The notes below the pieces were generated by a model. It did not search any database. It had not been told where the DNA came from and was given only the letters and a program-made list of their open reading frames with translations. Shown here one piece after another: positions 8,791-18,791 of a stretch of 64,000 nt of DNA (the stretch's first letter is position 1; the number at the start of each line of letters is the position of its first letter). The translations under genes were made by a program, and so were the position numbers. The stretch covers positions 5,249-69,248 of the forward strand of contig JAIOSB010000021.1 of the NCBI GenBank assembly GCA_021107795.1, in the 5' to 3' direction. The stretch is from a bacterium (GTDB taxonomy: Bacteria; Patescibacteriota; Dojkabacteria; SC72).

Positions 8791-9705
8791 ATGTGCGAAA
8801 GAGCCAAAGAAACCGCTCCTGTAGACGCCATTCTCCTTGCTGGTAGAGATTCTAATGCGGTTGGTTTTAATAGTCAGCACAAGTTTTCTTTGGAAATGGG
8901 AGAACAAGATATTTTAGAAGGGGTATTGGAAGCTATCGACAAAACAGACAGTATTGATAAGGTGTTCTTTGTTGGTCCGTTAGAACTGATTGACGATAGG
9001 GTAAAAGGGAGAAAAAAAGGCTATATAACTATACCAGATACAGGTAGTCTTTGGGGGAATTTATCCGAAACTATTGAGAAACAGCAACAACTTTGTGGAA
9101 ATCATGAAGTTTTAGTGATTTGTTCAGACTTACCATTTTTGACTGCAGAATCAATGGATTGGTTAATTGCAAACTCTAGAGGGAAAAACAATTTACAGAT
9201 CCCTGTTGTTCCGAGAGAACAGATTCTAAAACTTTCTCCTACATACGAAACATACTATTGGCCAATGAGAGAGTTCCCATTTAAGTGGTCAAATAATATA
9301 TTGTTAGATATAAATAAAATCGTTGATAGTAGAGTGGCACAACTTTTTACTAAGTATAGAGAAACTGATGGTGATAAGTTCCCTTTATCAGCGTTAAGAA
9401 GAATACATCTATTACAGAAGCATGGTGGATCAGAAGCCGTGTATGCTCTTTTGTTAAATTATGCGTCATATCTATTGCAACTCAAATTTGATGAGCGGGT
9501 ACCATTCTCGGAGCTTATAGGTAAAAGAGATTACGAGGAAATCCTTACAAGGGCTATTGCGATTGATTCTGAACTTCTTAAGACTCCGTTTGCTGAGATG
9601 GTGCTTGATGTAGACAATCACCTCAGATTGGGTATCTTCCAGAGAGGTTTTCAAGAGATTAAAGGGGTGATTAAAGAGCAGAATAATTCTTATCCACAAT
9701 TATGA
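8791..9705 (+). CDS. MobA-like nucleotidyltransferase (GT-A/NTP_transf_3) family protein
   Basis: N-terminal AILLAG, then CSDLPFLT and a C-terminal LDVD. Confidence 0.65.
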   Translation: MCERAKETAPVDAILLAGRDSNAVGFNSQHKFSLEMGEQDILEGVLEAIDKTDSIDKVFFVGPLELIDDRVKGRKKGYITIPDTGSLWGNLSETIEKQQQLCGNHEVLVICSDLPFLTAESMDWLIANSRGKNNLQIPVVPREQILKLSPTYETYYWPMREFPFKWSNNILLDINKIVDSRVAQLFTKYRETDGDKFPLSALRRIHLLQKHGGSEAVYALLLNYASYLLQLKFDERVPFSELIGKRDYEEILTRAIAIDSELLKTPFAEMVLDVDNHLRLGIFQRGFQEIKGVIKEQNNSYPQL

Positions 9706-9716
9706 TATAATCCCTT

Positions 9717-10298
9717 ATGAAATTATCAGATTTTGACATTGGTAGTGCTAAAAAAGACTTACCTTCTCCTAAGGAGCGCTTACCTATGATTAAGAAAGTT
9801 TTTAAATTAGTACTAAATAGGGAACCAAGCTCTAGAGAACTCTCCTTTTATAAATACGGGGTTCAAACTAAGGAAGAAGTTGTTGAGAAGCTTCTTAATA
9901 GTGAAGAACACAAAGAAATGTTAAAAACATTTAAAAAATTCCCTAAGTTAGAAGAAAGAGCTAAGAGTGCTGAACACAAAGCATCTAAGCTTAAACAAAA
10001 TATAGAAGATAGTGGGCAGGAAGAACTACATCTTAAAAATCTTTTGGATGAGAAGAATAGGGAGATAGCTATACTGAGAAAAAAGGCAGAAGATCCTTAC
10101 AACTTTACACACTCTAAGGCATTGAGCTATATAAAAGGTCTTACAGAGAATAATAGGGATAATGTAAATCATCTCTCTCATGATAGTACCCCACAACAGA
10201 TAGAAAGCAATCATTATTCATCAATATCCTCATCTCACCAGAAGGAATCTAAGGAAACTTTTATAGATAAGATATATAAGATACTAAATCTTAATTAG
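9717..10298 (+). CDS. Hypothetical coiled-coil protein
   Basis: 193-aa ORF preceded by an extended -10. Contains a VLNREP motif and a coiled-coil segment. Confidence 0.6.
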   Translation: MKLSDFDIGSAKKDLPSPKERLPMIKKVFKLVLNREPSSRELSFYKYGVQTKEEVVEKLLNSEEHKEMLKTFKKFPKLEERAKSAEHKASKLKQNIEDSGQEELHLKNLLDEKNREIAILRKKAEDPYNFTHSKALSYIKGLTENNRDNVNHLSHDSTPQQIESNHYSSISSSHQKESKETFIDKIYKILNLN

Positions 10299-10878
10299 GA
10301 GGTGTTAACCACTTAACTAGGGCTTTAGAACTCTTCTTTAGGAGTATGACTAGTCCCCAAAGTCCTAAACCTCCAAGTAGTGTAAGGATTAAAATCTTTG
10401 CAATATTACCAAAAGTATAACCAGGATCTACTGGTTGAACTACAAGATTACTATCGAAGGTAACAACATCACTAACACTGTTAGTATAGTTTGTATCATG
10501 TTGCCATGCTATCAGATTAACACTTAGGGTAAAACTACCCTCTCGTTCTGGCTTAAGTATTGCTTTGAAAGAATAGGTTTGGCCCATATAGAGATCTACA
10601 AACTCTTCATGCTTTGGAGTAATACCTACCAATGTAGGTGTATCCCAAAGAATTTGTGTTTTTGGAGAATCTATTTTAGGAATAACGGTAATTACATAGG
10701 TTACAGACTTGTCCCAAGCAGATTGTCCAGTACATTCTAAGGATATATCGAAATACTTAGTATTTGTTGTTAAACTATCCTCTTGTGCATAAACATTTCC
10801 TAGAAAGGAAGGAAGTATTAAAAGGGAGACTAGTAGTATTAAAAATGTTTTTCTCATTTCAATATCCTCGTGATACAA
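10291..10878 (-). CDS. Hypothetical secreted/membrane protein with an Ig-like domain (start probably near MRKT)
   Basis: Signal peptide ending VYA-QE, beta-rich core, C-terminal TM helix. Confidence 0.65.
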   Translation of the reverse strand: MYHEDIEMRKTFLILLVSLLILPSFLGNVYAQEDSLTTNTKYFDISLECTGQSAWDKSVTYVITVIPKIDSPKTQILWDTPTLVGITPKHEEFVDLYMGQTYSFKAILKPEREGSFTLSVNLIAWQHDTNYTNSVSDVVTFDSNLVVQPVDPGYTFGNIAKILILTLLGGLGLWGLVILLKKSSKALVKWLTPPN

Positions 10879-11270
10879 AGTTTATATATATGATATGCTT
10901 TCTTAGATTCTTTAAGAGTCACTAACTCATCTTTATGTACTATCTCATTTCTTAATTTGTGTACATCCCAAAGTTTTTGATAGGTATCTTTTCTAAAAAG
11001 CTTGTTTGCTTTCTTAAGATTAAAACCACAGCTACTGGAATTCCTATACTTGTGGTTAAGAGCTTTTGCAAGCATATTATCAAGTCTAATTATCGCATCT
11101 TTCCTTTCATAATCGTTCTCGCTCTCAGTATGTGGTTTAAGTTCTACGAGCTTTTTAAGAATAGTGGATTTTCTTCTGGCTATACTCTTAGAGCTATTCA
11201 ATCTAGAAAAGAGTATGAGTAGAGCAACCATACTAAGGGTTATAATTGTGAGAATTAATGGGTCACTCAT
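10854..11270 (-). CDS. Hypothetical membrane-anchored protein with a HEPN-like RxxxxH motif
   Basis: N-terminal TM helix; HKLRNEIVH; overlaps both neighbours, consistent with an operon. Confidence 0.6.
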   Translation of the reverse strand: MSDPLILTIITLSMVALLILFSRLNSSKSIARRKSTILKKLVELKPHTESENDYERKDAIIRLDNMLAKALNHKYRNSSSCGFNLKKANKLFRKDTYQKLWDVHKLRNEIVHKDELVTLKESKKAYHIYKLCITRILK

Positions 11271-13111
11271 TTCTTATATACTACTTTATTTAAAATGAAA
11301 TATACAGTACCCAGAAACATTAAGAAAAAGGTTGCAGAAAGTATCTGAACTAGAGTCTCGTAACCTGTATGTTGCGTAACTGGATTATTAATTGAGAGAA
11401 GTTCTAATTGGAGAGTTTCTTCTCCATTCTTAATGTTTGCAGTTGTGAAGATTCTCTCTTCTTCAAGTTGGTCGAATGGAATATGGAAGTTAATATATTT
11501 ATGCATGTGAGGAAGTAAGATGGAGTTTGTAGAATTGCTAACGTAGTCAATATATTGATTGAGATCAGGGTTGGAGTCAGTAAATTCTATACCGGTCAAT
11601 ATTGTATTCCCAGTATTTTCTATAAAGATGCTCCCGTGTAAATATTTATTTAATACAGAGTATGGTTCTAAACTGATAAAGAGGTTGCTTTGAGGAGAGT
11701 AAACCACATCGCTATCTTTTACATACTCAAAACGTATGTCGTTGTCCGAATAGTAGGGGAGTGTAGGGGATATTGATTCATGTATTCGATTTAGAATTGA
11801 AATATGATCAGAATGATCTCTCCCAAAGAGAGAAACCTTAGAGTAATCCTCAAGGTATGGATCTAGAACTAACCATTGATTTCCGTCATAGGTTTGTACC
11901 CAGTAATGGAACATTCCGTTTTCTTGATAGTTTGATATATCAGAGACATACCCTATGGTATATATGCTTGGGATTTGATAGTAGTCGAGTAGAGCTTTGA
12001 GTACATCGGCATAATCCTCAGGAGTGCAATTTATAGGGTTCTTTAATATCTCAACAGTCCCCTTCCTTATCCCGCCTGAAAGTGAGCTAGGTTGTGTAGA
12101 GGGGGTAAGTGTCTCTACAGTATATCTGTAAAGATATTGGATTAGGGTGTCTCTATCTGTTGAGCTATTTGTAATACCCTTGTCTAAGAGATATTGTTCT
12201 ATCTTCTCAACTTGCTTGTTTTCTAAACTCCAATATATACTAGTGGAGTTGTAGTTTGTACTGTCAAGAGGAGGATAGTAATTATGATATCCCATGATTA
12301 TATATCCAGAAATCTGTACATCTACTTGAGTTTGAGCGTCTACTGTAAAAATGAGGAGGTAATTCAAATTGTTGTCTTGTATGACCTGCGTAGGTTGTAT
12401 ACTGATATCTTCTATTATAATTTTTTGAAATTGTGAGTCTTGGGGTATGAGAAGCTCGTATTGTGTAGTAGTATCACTTTGATTGTTAAAGGATTTCGAT
12501 ATATCAAACCTATACACAATGTCTTGATTGAAGATGAGCTTAAGAGTGGTTGAATCTGGGGATTTAATATTAAGTATGTAGTTTGTGTTATCCTGCTTTT
12601 CACTTTCGGTTTGATCAGATATCCAACCAACCTTTCCAAAACTCTTCGGGTAGCTAATGGAGACTTCTGAGGTATTGATATCTGCAATTTTGGACACAAG
12701 ACTTAGGATGTTGCTATCATTATATGGGTAAGAGTATGTTATATGTATTTCTTGTAGAGAATCTGGAGCTACAATGGAGTTGGCGAAATCAATTAGAATG
12801 TCAGTAGCATTATTCCGGTTGTATATGGTTGCTTCGAGAGGAGAGTTTTCTGTTACTGAGAATATTTCAGGCTCGATATTACTTTGTGGAAGAGTAATTG
12901 TGTAGTAGGTTAGGACTGTCCTTTCACTTGATGAGATGGTAAGTGTAGCAGTAGTATCTACATAGCCATTGGTTTTTACAATATGGGAGAATGTTGCATT
13001 TGTTGTGATACCTTCTTGGGCCGATATAGAGGTTGGATTAAGAAATGCAAAAAGAAAGAGGATGTTAGAAATCCATAGGGCCTTTTTTAAATATCCAATC
13101 AAACTTTTCAT
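11267..13111 (-). CDS. Secreted transglutaminase-like domain protein
   Basis: Signal peptide; TPEDYA...IPS...GY...FHYWVQTY...WLVLDP; C-terminal TM helix. Confidence 0.75.
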   Translation of the reverse strand: MKSLIGYLKKALWISNILFLFAFLNPTSISAQEGITTNATFSHIVKTNGYVDTTATLTISSSERTVLTYYTITLPQSNIEPEIFSVTENSPLEATIYNRNNATDILIDFANSIVAPDSLQEIHITYSYPYNDSNILSLVSKIADINTSEVSISYPKSFGKVGWISDQTESEKQDNTNYILNIKSPDSTTLKLIFNQDIVYRFDISKSFNNQSDTTTQYELLIPQDSQFQKIIIEDISIQPTQVIQDNNLNYLLIFTVDAQTQVDVQISGYIIMGYHNYYPPLDSTNYNSTSIYWSLENKQVEKIEQYLLDKGITNSSTDRDTLIQYLYRYTVETLTPSTQPSSLSGGIRKGTVEILKNPINCTPEDYADVLKALLDYYQIPSIYTIGYVSDISNYQENGMFHYWVQTYDGNQWLVLDPYLEDYSKVSLFGRDHSDHISILNRIHESISPTLPYYSDNDIRFEYVKDSDVVYSPQSNLFISLEPYSVLNKYLHGSIFIENTGNTILTGIEFTDSNPDLNQYIDYVSNSTNSILLPHMHKYINFHIPFDQLEEERIFTTANIKNGEETLQLELLSINNPVTQHTGYETLVQILSATFFLMFLGTVYFILNKVVYKK

Positions 13112-13802
13112 TATTTCTTAAAATTTGTTTAATTATTGGTGTCTTCTTAGTAATATTCCAATCTTTAAGAACTTTATTAGTATTAATTTCTTCAATATCG
13201 TTTACTATCTTGTAGGCAGGATTTCTAACTATTTCTACTTTAGCGTTCTTCCTGATAATATAATAGGACATGCCGTGTTTATCTTCAAGCACTACTCGAG
13301 TGAGAGCTTTTTTAGAAGATATCTCTATTGCTATTAAAGTAGAAGCTTGTCGGGTATTAATCATACAGATGGAATATCCTGGGGGTACAATGAACTTACT
13401 TCCTTTCCTGACCTGCAGCCTATACACCTTGTTTTGAATGGGGCTAATGTATTTTTGAAGTAACACATTACCACCACCGTAAACAATCTCAAAGAGTCTT
13501 GGGAAGCTACTACATTTTGTAGCTTTAGTCTTAACAAATTCAATACCTGCTAAATTAGGTTTCATTAAGTACATATTTACACGAAGATTATTGTTCTTTA
13601 AATCCTGTGCTTGATTGTCGAAAGCTTTGTACTTAGTGTAGAAGGTTTCTGGACAATCTAAGTCTTGATTAAGAAGTTGAAGAATAATGTTTTCGATATG
13701 TATAGTAGAGATTTCTTTTGGATGGTATTCTTCAGAAAGAAGACTCTCTCCATTAAAAAAAAGGGGCAGACCACTACTTTGCTTTAAATTTGTTTTGGCC
13801 AT
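13065..13802 (-). CDS. Cupin-type (archaeal-like) glucose-6-phosphate isomerase family protein, possibly degenerate
   Basis: PN-AG-EFVKTK, FEIVYGGG, IVPPGY and GMSYYI match the cupin PGI layout. Start placed at ATG 13802 because TGGTATAAT lies 7 nt upstream. Confidence 0.65.
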   Translation of the reverse strand: MAKTNLKQSSGLPLFFNGESLLSEEYHPKEISTIHIENIILQLLNQDLDCPETFYTKYKAFDNQAQDLKNNNLRVNMYLMKPNLAGIEFVKTKATKCSSFPRLFEIVYGGGNVLLQKYISPIQNKVYRLQVRKGSKFIVPPGYSICMINTRQASTLIAIEISSKKALTRVVLEDKHGMSYYIIRKNAKVEIVRNPAYKIVNDIEEINTNKVLKDWNITKKTPIIKQILRNNEKFDWIFKKGPMDF

Positions 13803-13841
13803 ATGAAGCATTATACCATATTTTTGCCAAAATTGCTTGTT

Positions 13842-14129
13842 TTAGTCCTGCCTAAAAGCTTTTAACAACTCCGAGAGTACAAAACCAACGATTGCAAAGA
13901 AGACTAATGCTACAACTGGAGTAATGGGGATTTGGAAATTGTCAATAACCAAAGTGTCTGCAGTAACACCGGAGAATAGGGAGATAAATATATCAGATAC
14001 TGAGAAAATCCAGGCTACATACATATTGGAGAGATTGGCAGAGAATATGGATAGAATGATTCTAATAAGGATGATCGCCTCGATCAAAGTGTCTCCGATA
14101 TATGCAATTTGTAATATTAGCTTAATCAT
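13842..14129 (-). CDS. YggT-like membrane protein
   Basis: IRIILSIFSAN...WIFSVSDIFI pattern; two to three TM helices. Confidence 0.7.
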   Translation of the reverse strand: MIKLILQIAYIGDTLIEAIILIRIILSIFSANLSNMYVAWIFSVSDIFISLFSGVTADTLVIDNFQIPITPVVALVFFAIVGFVLSELLKAFRQD

Positions 14130-14131
14130 GG

Positions 14132-14857
14132 CTAAATATTCTCTAAGTTATTTAAATAAAAGTTTAACTCACTCATATATCGTACCACACCATTTGCCCA
14201 TAAATGACTTGGATTAGCAGCACATGGTGGACAATATGTTGGCTCTATATCAAAAGGTGTGAGTGATATCCCATACCCCAAAGCTAATCGTTCTGTTACA
14301 TGCTCTACACCTGCACCAAAGTCATCAAATACGCTGTAGGCACCACCTGGTCCTCCTCTCCATCCCCAGCCATTGTTGTATCCAGTATGGGGTATGAGGT
14401 TTCCAAAAGCAGATTCTACTCCAGAAATGCTTGCTACTAATCTCCAGTCTAATCCATACCTGTCAGATTCTACAACAAAGACCTCTGCATATGGTTGCAT
14501 TGGGGAGTTGTAATCACTTAAGAACTCAGACATAGCCAATACCCTAGGATCTTTCACATAATATTGTGTTTTAGAGTTTATAACATCAAGGGGATTCTCT
14601 TGACCAATCTCGGAGAGAGAGTATGAAGATTTTGCATTAGATGTGGCATATACTGGTGTTAGAAAGTTGAATTTCTCGGATTTTGTACTTCGGATGACAT
14701 TGAATAAAAGCTCCTCGATAGAAGGCTCTACAATTGGAGAGAGAAAGTATATATAAAGTACCAATAATAATGGTACAAGAAAAAACTCCCATTTTCTCTG
14801 TGGCTTACTGCTTACGCTTTCAGCGTGTGACTGTAATTTTAGGACAGTGTTTGGCAT
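14132..14857 (-). CDS. Membrane-anchored lysozyme/glucosaminidase-like protein
   Basis: YGLDWRLVASISGVESAFG (candidate catalytic Glu in the ES motif), NNGWGW, YCPP; N-terminal TM helix. Confidence 0.6.
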   Translation of the reverse strand: MPNTVLKLQSHAESVSSKPQRKWEFFLVPLLLVLYIYFLSPIVEPSIEELLFNVIRSTKSEKFNFLTPVYATSNAKSSYSLSEIGQENPLDVINSKTQYYVKDPRVLAMSEFLSDYNSPMQPYAEVFVVESDRYGLDWRLVASISGVESAFGNLIPHTGYNNGWGWRGGPGGAYSVFDDFGAGVEHVTERLALGYGISLTPFDIEPTYCPPCAANPSHLWANGVVRYMSELNFYLNNLENI

Positions 14858-14894
14858 AATTTAGTATAACAGAAATAATCTATGTAACAAAATC

Positions 14895-17800
14895 ATGTTC
14901 ACACATCTACATCTGCATACAGAGTTCTCACTACTAGATGCTACTATAAAAATAGACGACCTTATTGAGAAGCTGAAAAGTAGCAATATGACCTCTTGTG
15001 CGATTACTGATCATGGGAATATGTATGGGGTATACAAATTCAAAACCTATATGGAAGACGCAGGCCTGAAACCTATACTCGGCTGTGAGATATATGTTGC
15101 ACCAAGGGGTATGGAAGACAAGGAGCATGGGATAGACAACAAGTATTTTCATTTAGTGTTGCTAGCGAAGAATTTAGAAGGGTATAAAAATTTGGTAAAA
15201 ATAGTGTCAATCGCTCATATGGAAGGCTTCTACTACAAACCACGTATTGATTTCGAGACGCTTGCTAAATACTCTGAGGGAATAATAGCGCTGTCTGCAT
15301 GTCTCGCAGGCCCAATCTCAAGACCTTTGCTAAATAACCAACCTGCAGAGGCTCTTAATACCGCAAAGAAATATGCAGAGGTATTTAAGGATAATTTCTA
15401 CATTGAAATTCAACGCAATGGGATGGAGGAGCAAAAAGGTGTAAATGAAGGATTACTTAAAATAGCAAAGGAGTTAAAATTGCCAATAGTGGCTACTTGT
15501 GATAGCCATTACATAAACAAGGAAGATGCAGAGATACAAGAAGTCCTATGGTGTATAAATGATGGCAAGGAATGGGATGATCCAACTAGGAGAACAATGC
15601 CAACTAATGAATTCTATGTTAAAACACCAGAGGAAATGGAGTTGCTTTTTGAAGATTTCCCCCAAGCGATTGAGAATACTCAGAAGATTGTAGATAGTAT
15701 AGAAGATTATGATATTACATGGGGAAGAGTTGAACCTCATACACTTGATTTGCCTAAAAAGGAAACAGCAAAATCATATCTTAAGAAACTCACACTACAG
15801 GGAGCAAAAAAGAAGTATGGAAAAGTAACAAAGGATTTAAAGAAACGTATAGAGTATGAACTAGAAGTTATCGATAGTAAAAGATACAACGATTACTTCT
15901 TAGTGGTTAGAGATTTTGTATTATATTGTCGTAATAATGATATCGTTGTAGGTATGAGAGGATCTGGTTGTGGATCTGTTGTCGCATACTGTATTGAAAT
16001 TACTGATATTGAACCAATTGGTTGGGAACTTTACTTCGAAAGATTCCTCAACCCAGAGAGAAACTCTCCTCCTGATTTTGATATTGATATTGCAGATAAG
16101 GGAAGAGATAAGCTCATACAATACACCATAGATAGATATGGGAAAGAGAATGTAAAGCAAATAATTACCTTTGGTAAATTGCAAACAAGGCAAGCTATTC
16201 GTGATGTAGCCCGTGTCATTGGGATTGATCTGAGTATAGCGGATCAGTTATCCAAGCAAGTAGAAATAGTTTTTGGTAAAGCTAAGGGTATTGATTACAT
16301 GATTGAGAATAATCCTGAATTTGCAGAAATAATTCATTCGTCTCCCGATACTGAGAGATTGGCAGAAATTGTAAGAAAAGTTGCGGGAATACACAGAAAT
16401 GTAGGTACCCATGCCTGTGGAATTGTCATAACCCCATCTCCAGTAATTGAGTATTGTCCAATTCAAAGAGATGCTCATGGCGAAGGTTTTGGTATGACTC
16501 AATTTGAGATGAAAGATGTTGAACCAATTGGATTAATGAAGTTTGATTTCTTAGGACTTCGCAATCTAAATGTAATAGGGGCTGCCATAAAGAAGGTGGA
16601 AGCAAATCGAGGCAAGAAAATTGTTTTAGGTGGATTAGACCCACATGACAAAAAAACTTTCCAGGTGATTAGAAGTGGGCATACAGTTGGAGTATTTCAA
16701 ATGGAGAGTTCTGGGATGAGGAGTACAATCAAGGCTCTTAAACCTACAACACAGGAGGATCTCTGTTACATTCTCGCTGCATATCGTCCCGGTCCTATGA
16801 AATATATTTCAGAGTATGTTGCAGTTAAAGAGGGTAAACAAGACCCAGATTATGTTTTTAAAGAATTAGAGGATGTCCTAAAGATTACCAATGGCGTTAT
16901 CACATACCAAGAGCAGGTGATGAAAATTGCCCAAATCATTGGAGGCTATACACTAGGAGGTGCAGATATTTTACGAAGAGCTATGGGTAAAAAGCTAATT
17001 GACGTAATGGAAGCAGAGAAGCCTGTCTTTATGAAAGGGGCTAAGCAACAAGGATATGATTTGGTTGAGGTTGAACGACTATGGTCAAAGCTTCTGCAGT
17101 TCGCTAACTATGGCTTTAACAAGGCTCACAGTGCATCTTACGCTACAATTTCTTACTGGACAGCATATCTCAAAGCACACTACCCTTTAGAATTTATGGC
17201 TGCACTTTTAGAGGGGGATCTAGATAATTTTGAGAGGATAATTATTGACCTTAAGGAGTGTGAAAGACTCGGTATAGATGTCCTTTCTCCTACCATTAAC
17301 AAAAGCAATCTTTACTTTAGCATAGAGGATGATAAAGATATCAGGTTTGGTTTAGGTGCAATAAAGAATGTTGGAGAAGATGTAATAAGGGATATCGTAA
17401 AGGAGCGAAAAGAAAATGGTGAGTATACCAGCCTTGACGATCTCATATATCGTCTAATTGATAAAAAACTTTCTAAAAAAGCAGTAGAGTATCTAATCAA
17501 AGCAGGCACTATGGATGAATTTGGTGAACGAGGAGCACTCATCGTACTTCTGGAAGCTGTCTACGAGAATGCGAAAAAAGAAAGTAAGATATTTAGTGCA
17601 GGTCAAATGGATATCTTTAGTATGGGCAATGATCCGAAAGAACAGAAAAGAAGGATTGTACAAGCTACTCCATTACCACAAATTGAAAAGACTCCTGTTG
17701 CTCAAATATTACAGTGGGAAAAAGAATTGCTCGGACTATACTTCTCTAGTCATCCTCTTGATAATCTCCAAGAGTTTTTTGAAAGTAAGGAGGTTATTAA

Positions 17801-18293
17801 TATAGATCAGGCTTTAGAGAAGAAAGATGGCACTTTGGTAATACTTGGGGTATTGATAAGTAAGGTTAGGAGGATTACCACTAAGAAAGGAGCTATGATG
17901 GCTTTTCTTAGTGCAGAGGATAAGAGTGGTAGTACCGATGTAATCGTTTTCCCAAGAACATATAGAGACATGAAAGAGGTTTTGGAGGAGGGGAAGCCAA
18001 TGTTACTGGTTGGAAGGGTAAACGATAGGAATGGAGAAAAAGGTGTAATTTTAGAAAAAGCAAAATATATTAATGAAGAGAAGTTTGGGTCTAACTTTGA
18101 AGGTGTAATATTTAGAATTAGAGGTTCTCATAGTGCAGAGGTAATTAAAGCACTCAAGAAATATATTTCTACTTCAGAAGGAGATACTGCTGTTAAAATA
18201 ATTCTTAACACAGATGGGGAAACTACCACAAAGGTTTTAGAAAAGAAGATAGCTATGAATAGTGAAACGAAAAGATGGTTGAGGAAGTTCTAA
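14895..18293 (+). CDS. dnaE: DNA polymerase III alpha subunit
   Basis: PHP domain HLHLHTEFSLLD, TDHGN, RGSG, FERFLNPER, PDFDID, KFDFLGL, YGFNKAH. Confidence 0.98.
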   Translation: MFTHLHLHTEFSLLDATIKIDDLIEKLKSSNMTSCAITDHGNMYGVYKFKTYMEDAGLKPILGCEIYVAPRGMEDKEHGIDNKYFHLVLLAKNLEGYKNLVKIVSIAHMEGFYYKPRIDFETLAKYSEGIIALSACLAGPISRPLLNNQPAEALNTAKKYAEVFKDNFYIEIQRNGMEEQKGVNEGLLKIAKELKLPIVATCDSHYINKEDAEIQEVLWCINDGKEWDDPTRRTMPTNEFYVKTPEEMELLFEDFPQAIENTQKIVDSIEDYDITWGRVEPHTLDLPKKETAKSYLKKLTLQGAKKKYGKVTKDLKKRIEYELEVIDSKRYNDYFLVVRDFVLYCRNNDIVVGMRGSGCGSVVAYCIEITDIEPIGWELYFERFLNPERNSPPDFDIDIADKGRDKLIQYTIDRYGKENVKQIITFGKLQTRQAIRDVARVIGIDLSIADQLSKQVEIVFGKAKGIDYMIENNPEFAEIIHSSPDTERLAEIVRKVAGIHRNVGTHACGIVITPSPVIEYCPIQRDAHGEGFGMTQFEMKDVEPIGLMKFDFLGLRNLNVIGAAIKKVEANRGKKIVLGGLDPHDKKTFQVIRSGHTVGVFQMESSGMRSTIKALKPTTQEDLCYILAAYRPGPMKYISEYVAVKEGKQDPDYVFKELEDVLKITNGVITYQEQVMKIAQIIGGYTLGGADILRRAMGKKLIDVMEAEKPVFMKGAKQQGYDLVEVERLWSKLLQFANYGFNKAHSASYATISYWTAYLKAHYPLEFMAALLEGDLDNFERIIIDLKECERLGIDVLSPTINKSNLYFSIEDDKDIRFGLGAIKNVGEDVIRDIVKERKENGEYTSLDDLIYRLIDKKLSKKAVEYLIKAGTMDEFGERGALIVLLEAVYENAKKESKIFSAGQMDIFSMGNDPKEQKRRIVQATPLPQIEKTPVAQILQWEKELLGLYFSSHPLDNLQEFFESKEVINIDQALEKKDGTLVILGVLISKVRRITTKKGAMMAFLSAEDKSGSTDVIVFPRTYRDMKEVLEEGKPMLLVGRVNDRNGEKGVILEKAKYINEEKFGSNFEGVIFRIRGSHSAEVIKALKKYISTSEGDTAVKIILNTDGETTTKVLEKKIAMNSETKRWLRKF

Positions 18294-18335
18294 TAATAAT
18301 GTATTATAGGCTATTAAGTTGATAGAGATATCTCT

Positions 18336-18791
18336 ATGATACAAGATCGTGTAATAGACCAATACCCTGGGTTTCCAGCTAACGCTGTTTTTGCACAGGC
18401 ACTTTTATTAAAAGATTATACAAAAGAAAAAGGCTTGTCCTTAGAGAAAGGTGTTTTGGCATCAGACTCAGAATATGTCGATTGGAAAAGGGTGCACCTC
18501 TTTCTAGGTGACATTATTTTAGATACATTAGAAGAAGATAGGGAGGAATGGGAATTTTCAAAAATGGAGAGCCACTTTTGGGATATGGAGTCGTATTACA
18601 AGAAATGCGAAGAAGTAGCATTTGAATTCAATGATAATCTTAAGTTAATAAGATTTAAAGAATATTTACTCATAACTATTATTCCAGAAACATCTGACCA
18701 TGAGGAGAAATTAGTTAATCGACTTGGAGAACTTGGTTTGTCTGAAATAATAATGGTAGATGAGCCTACTTTAATGGATGAAACTTACTAA
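18336..18791 (+). CDS. Hypothetical acidic protein
   Basis: 151-aa ORF filling the gap between dnaE and the recombinase; no recognised motif. Confidence 0.55.
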   Translation: MIQDRVIDQYPGFPANAVFAQALLLKDYTKEKGLSLEKGVLASDSEYVDWKRVHLFLGDIILDTLEEDREEWEFSKMESHFWDMESYYKKCEEVAFEFNDNLKLIRFKEYLLITIIPETSDHEEKLVNRLGELGLSEIIMVDEPTLMDETY

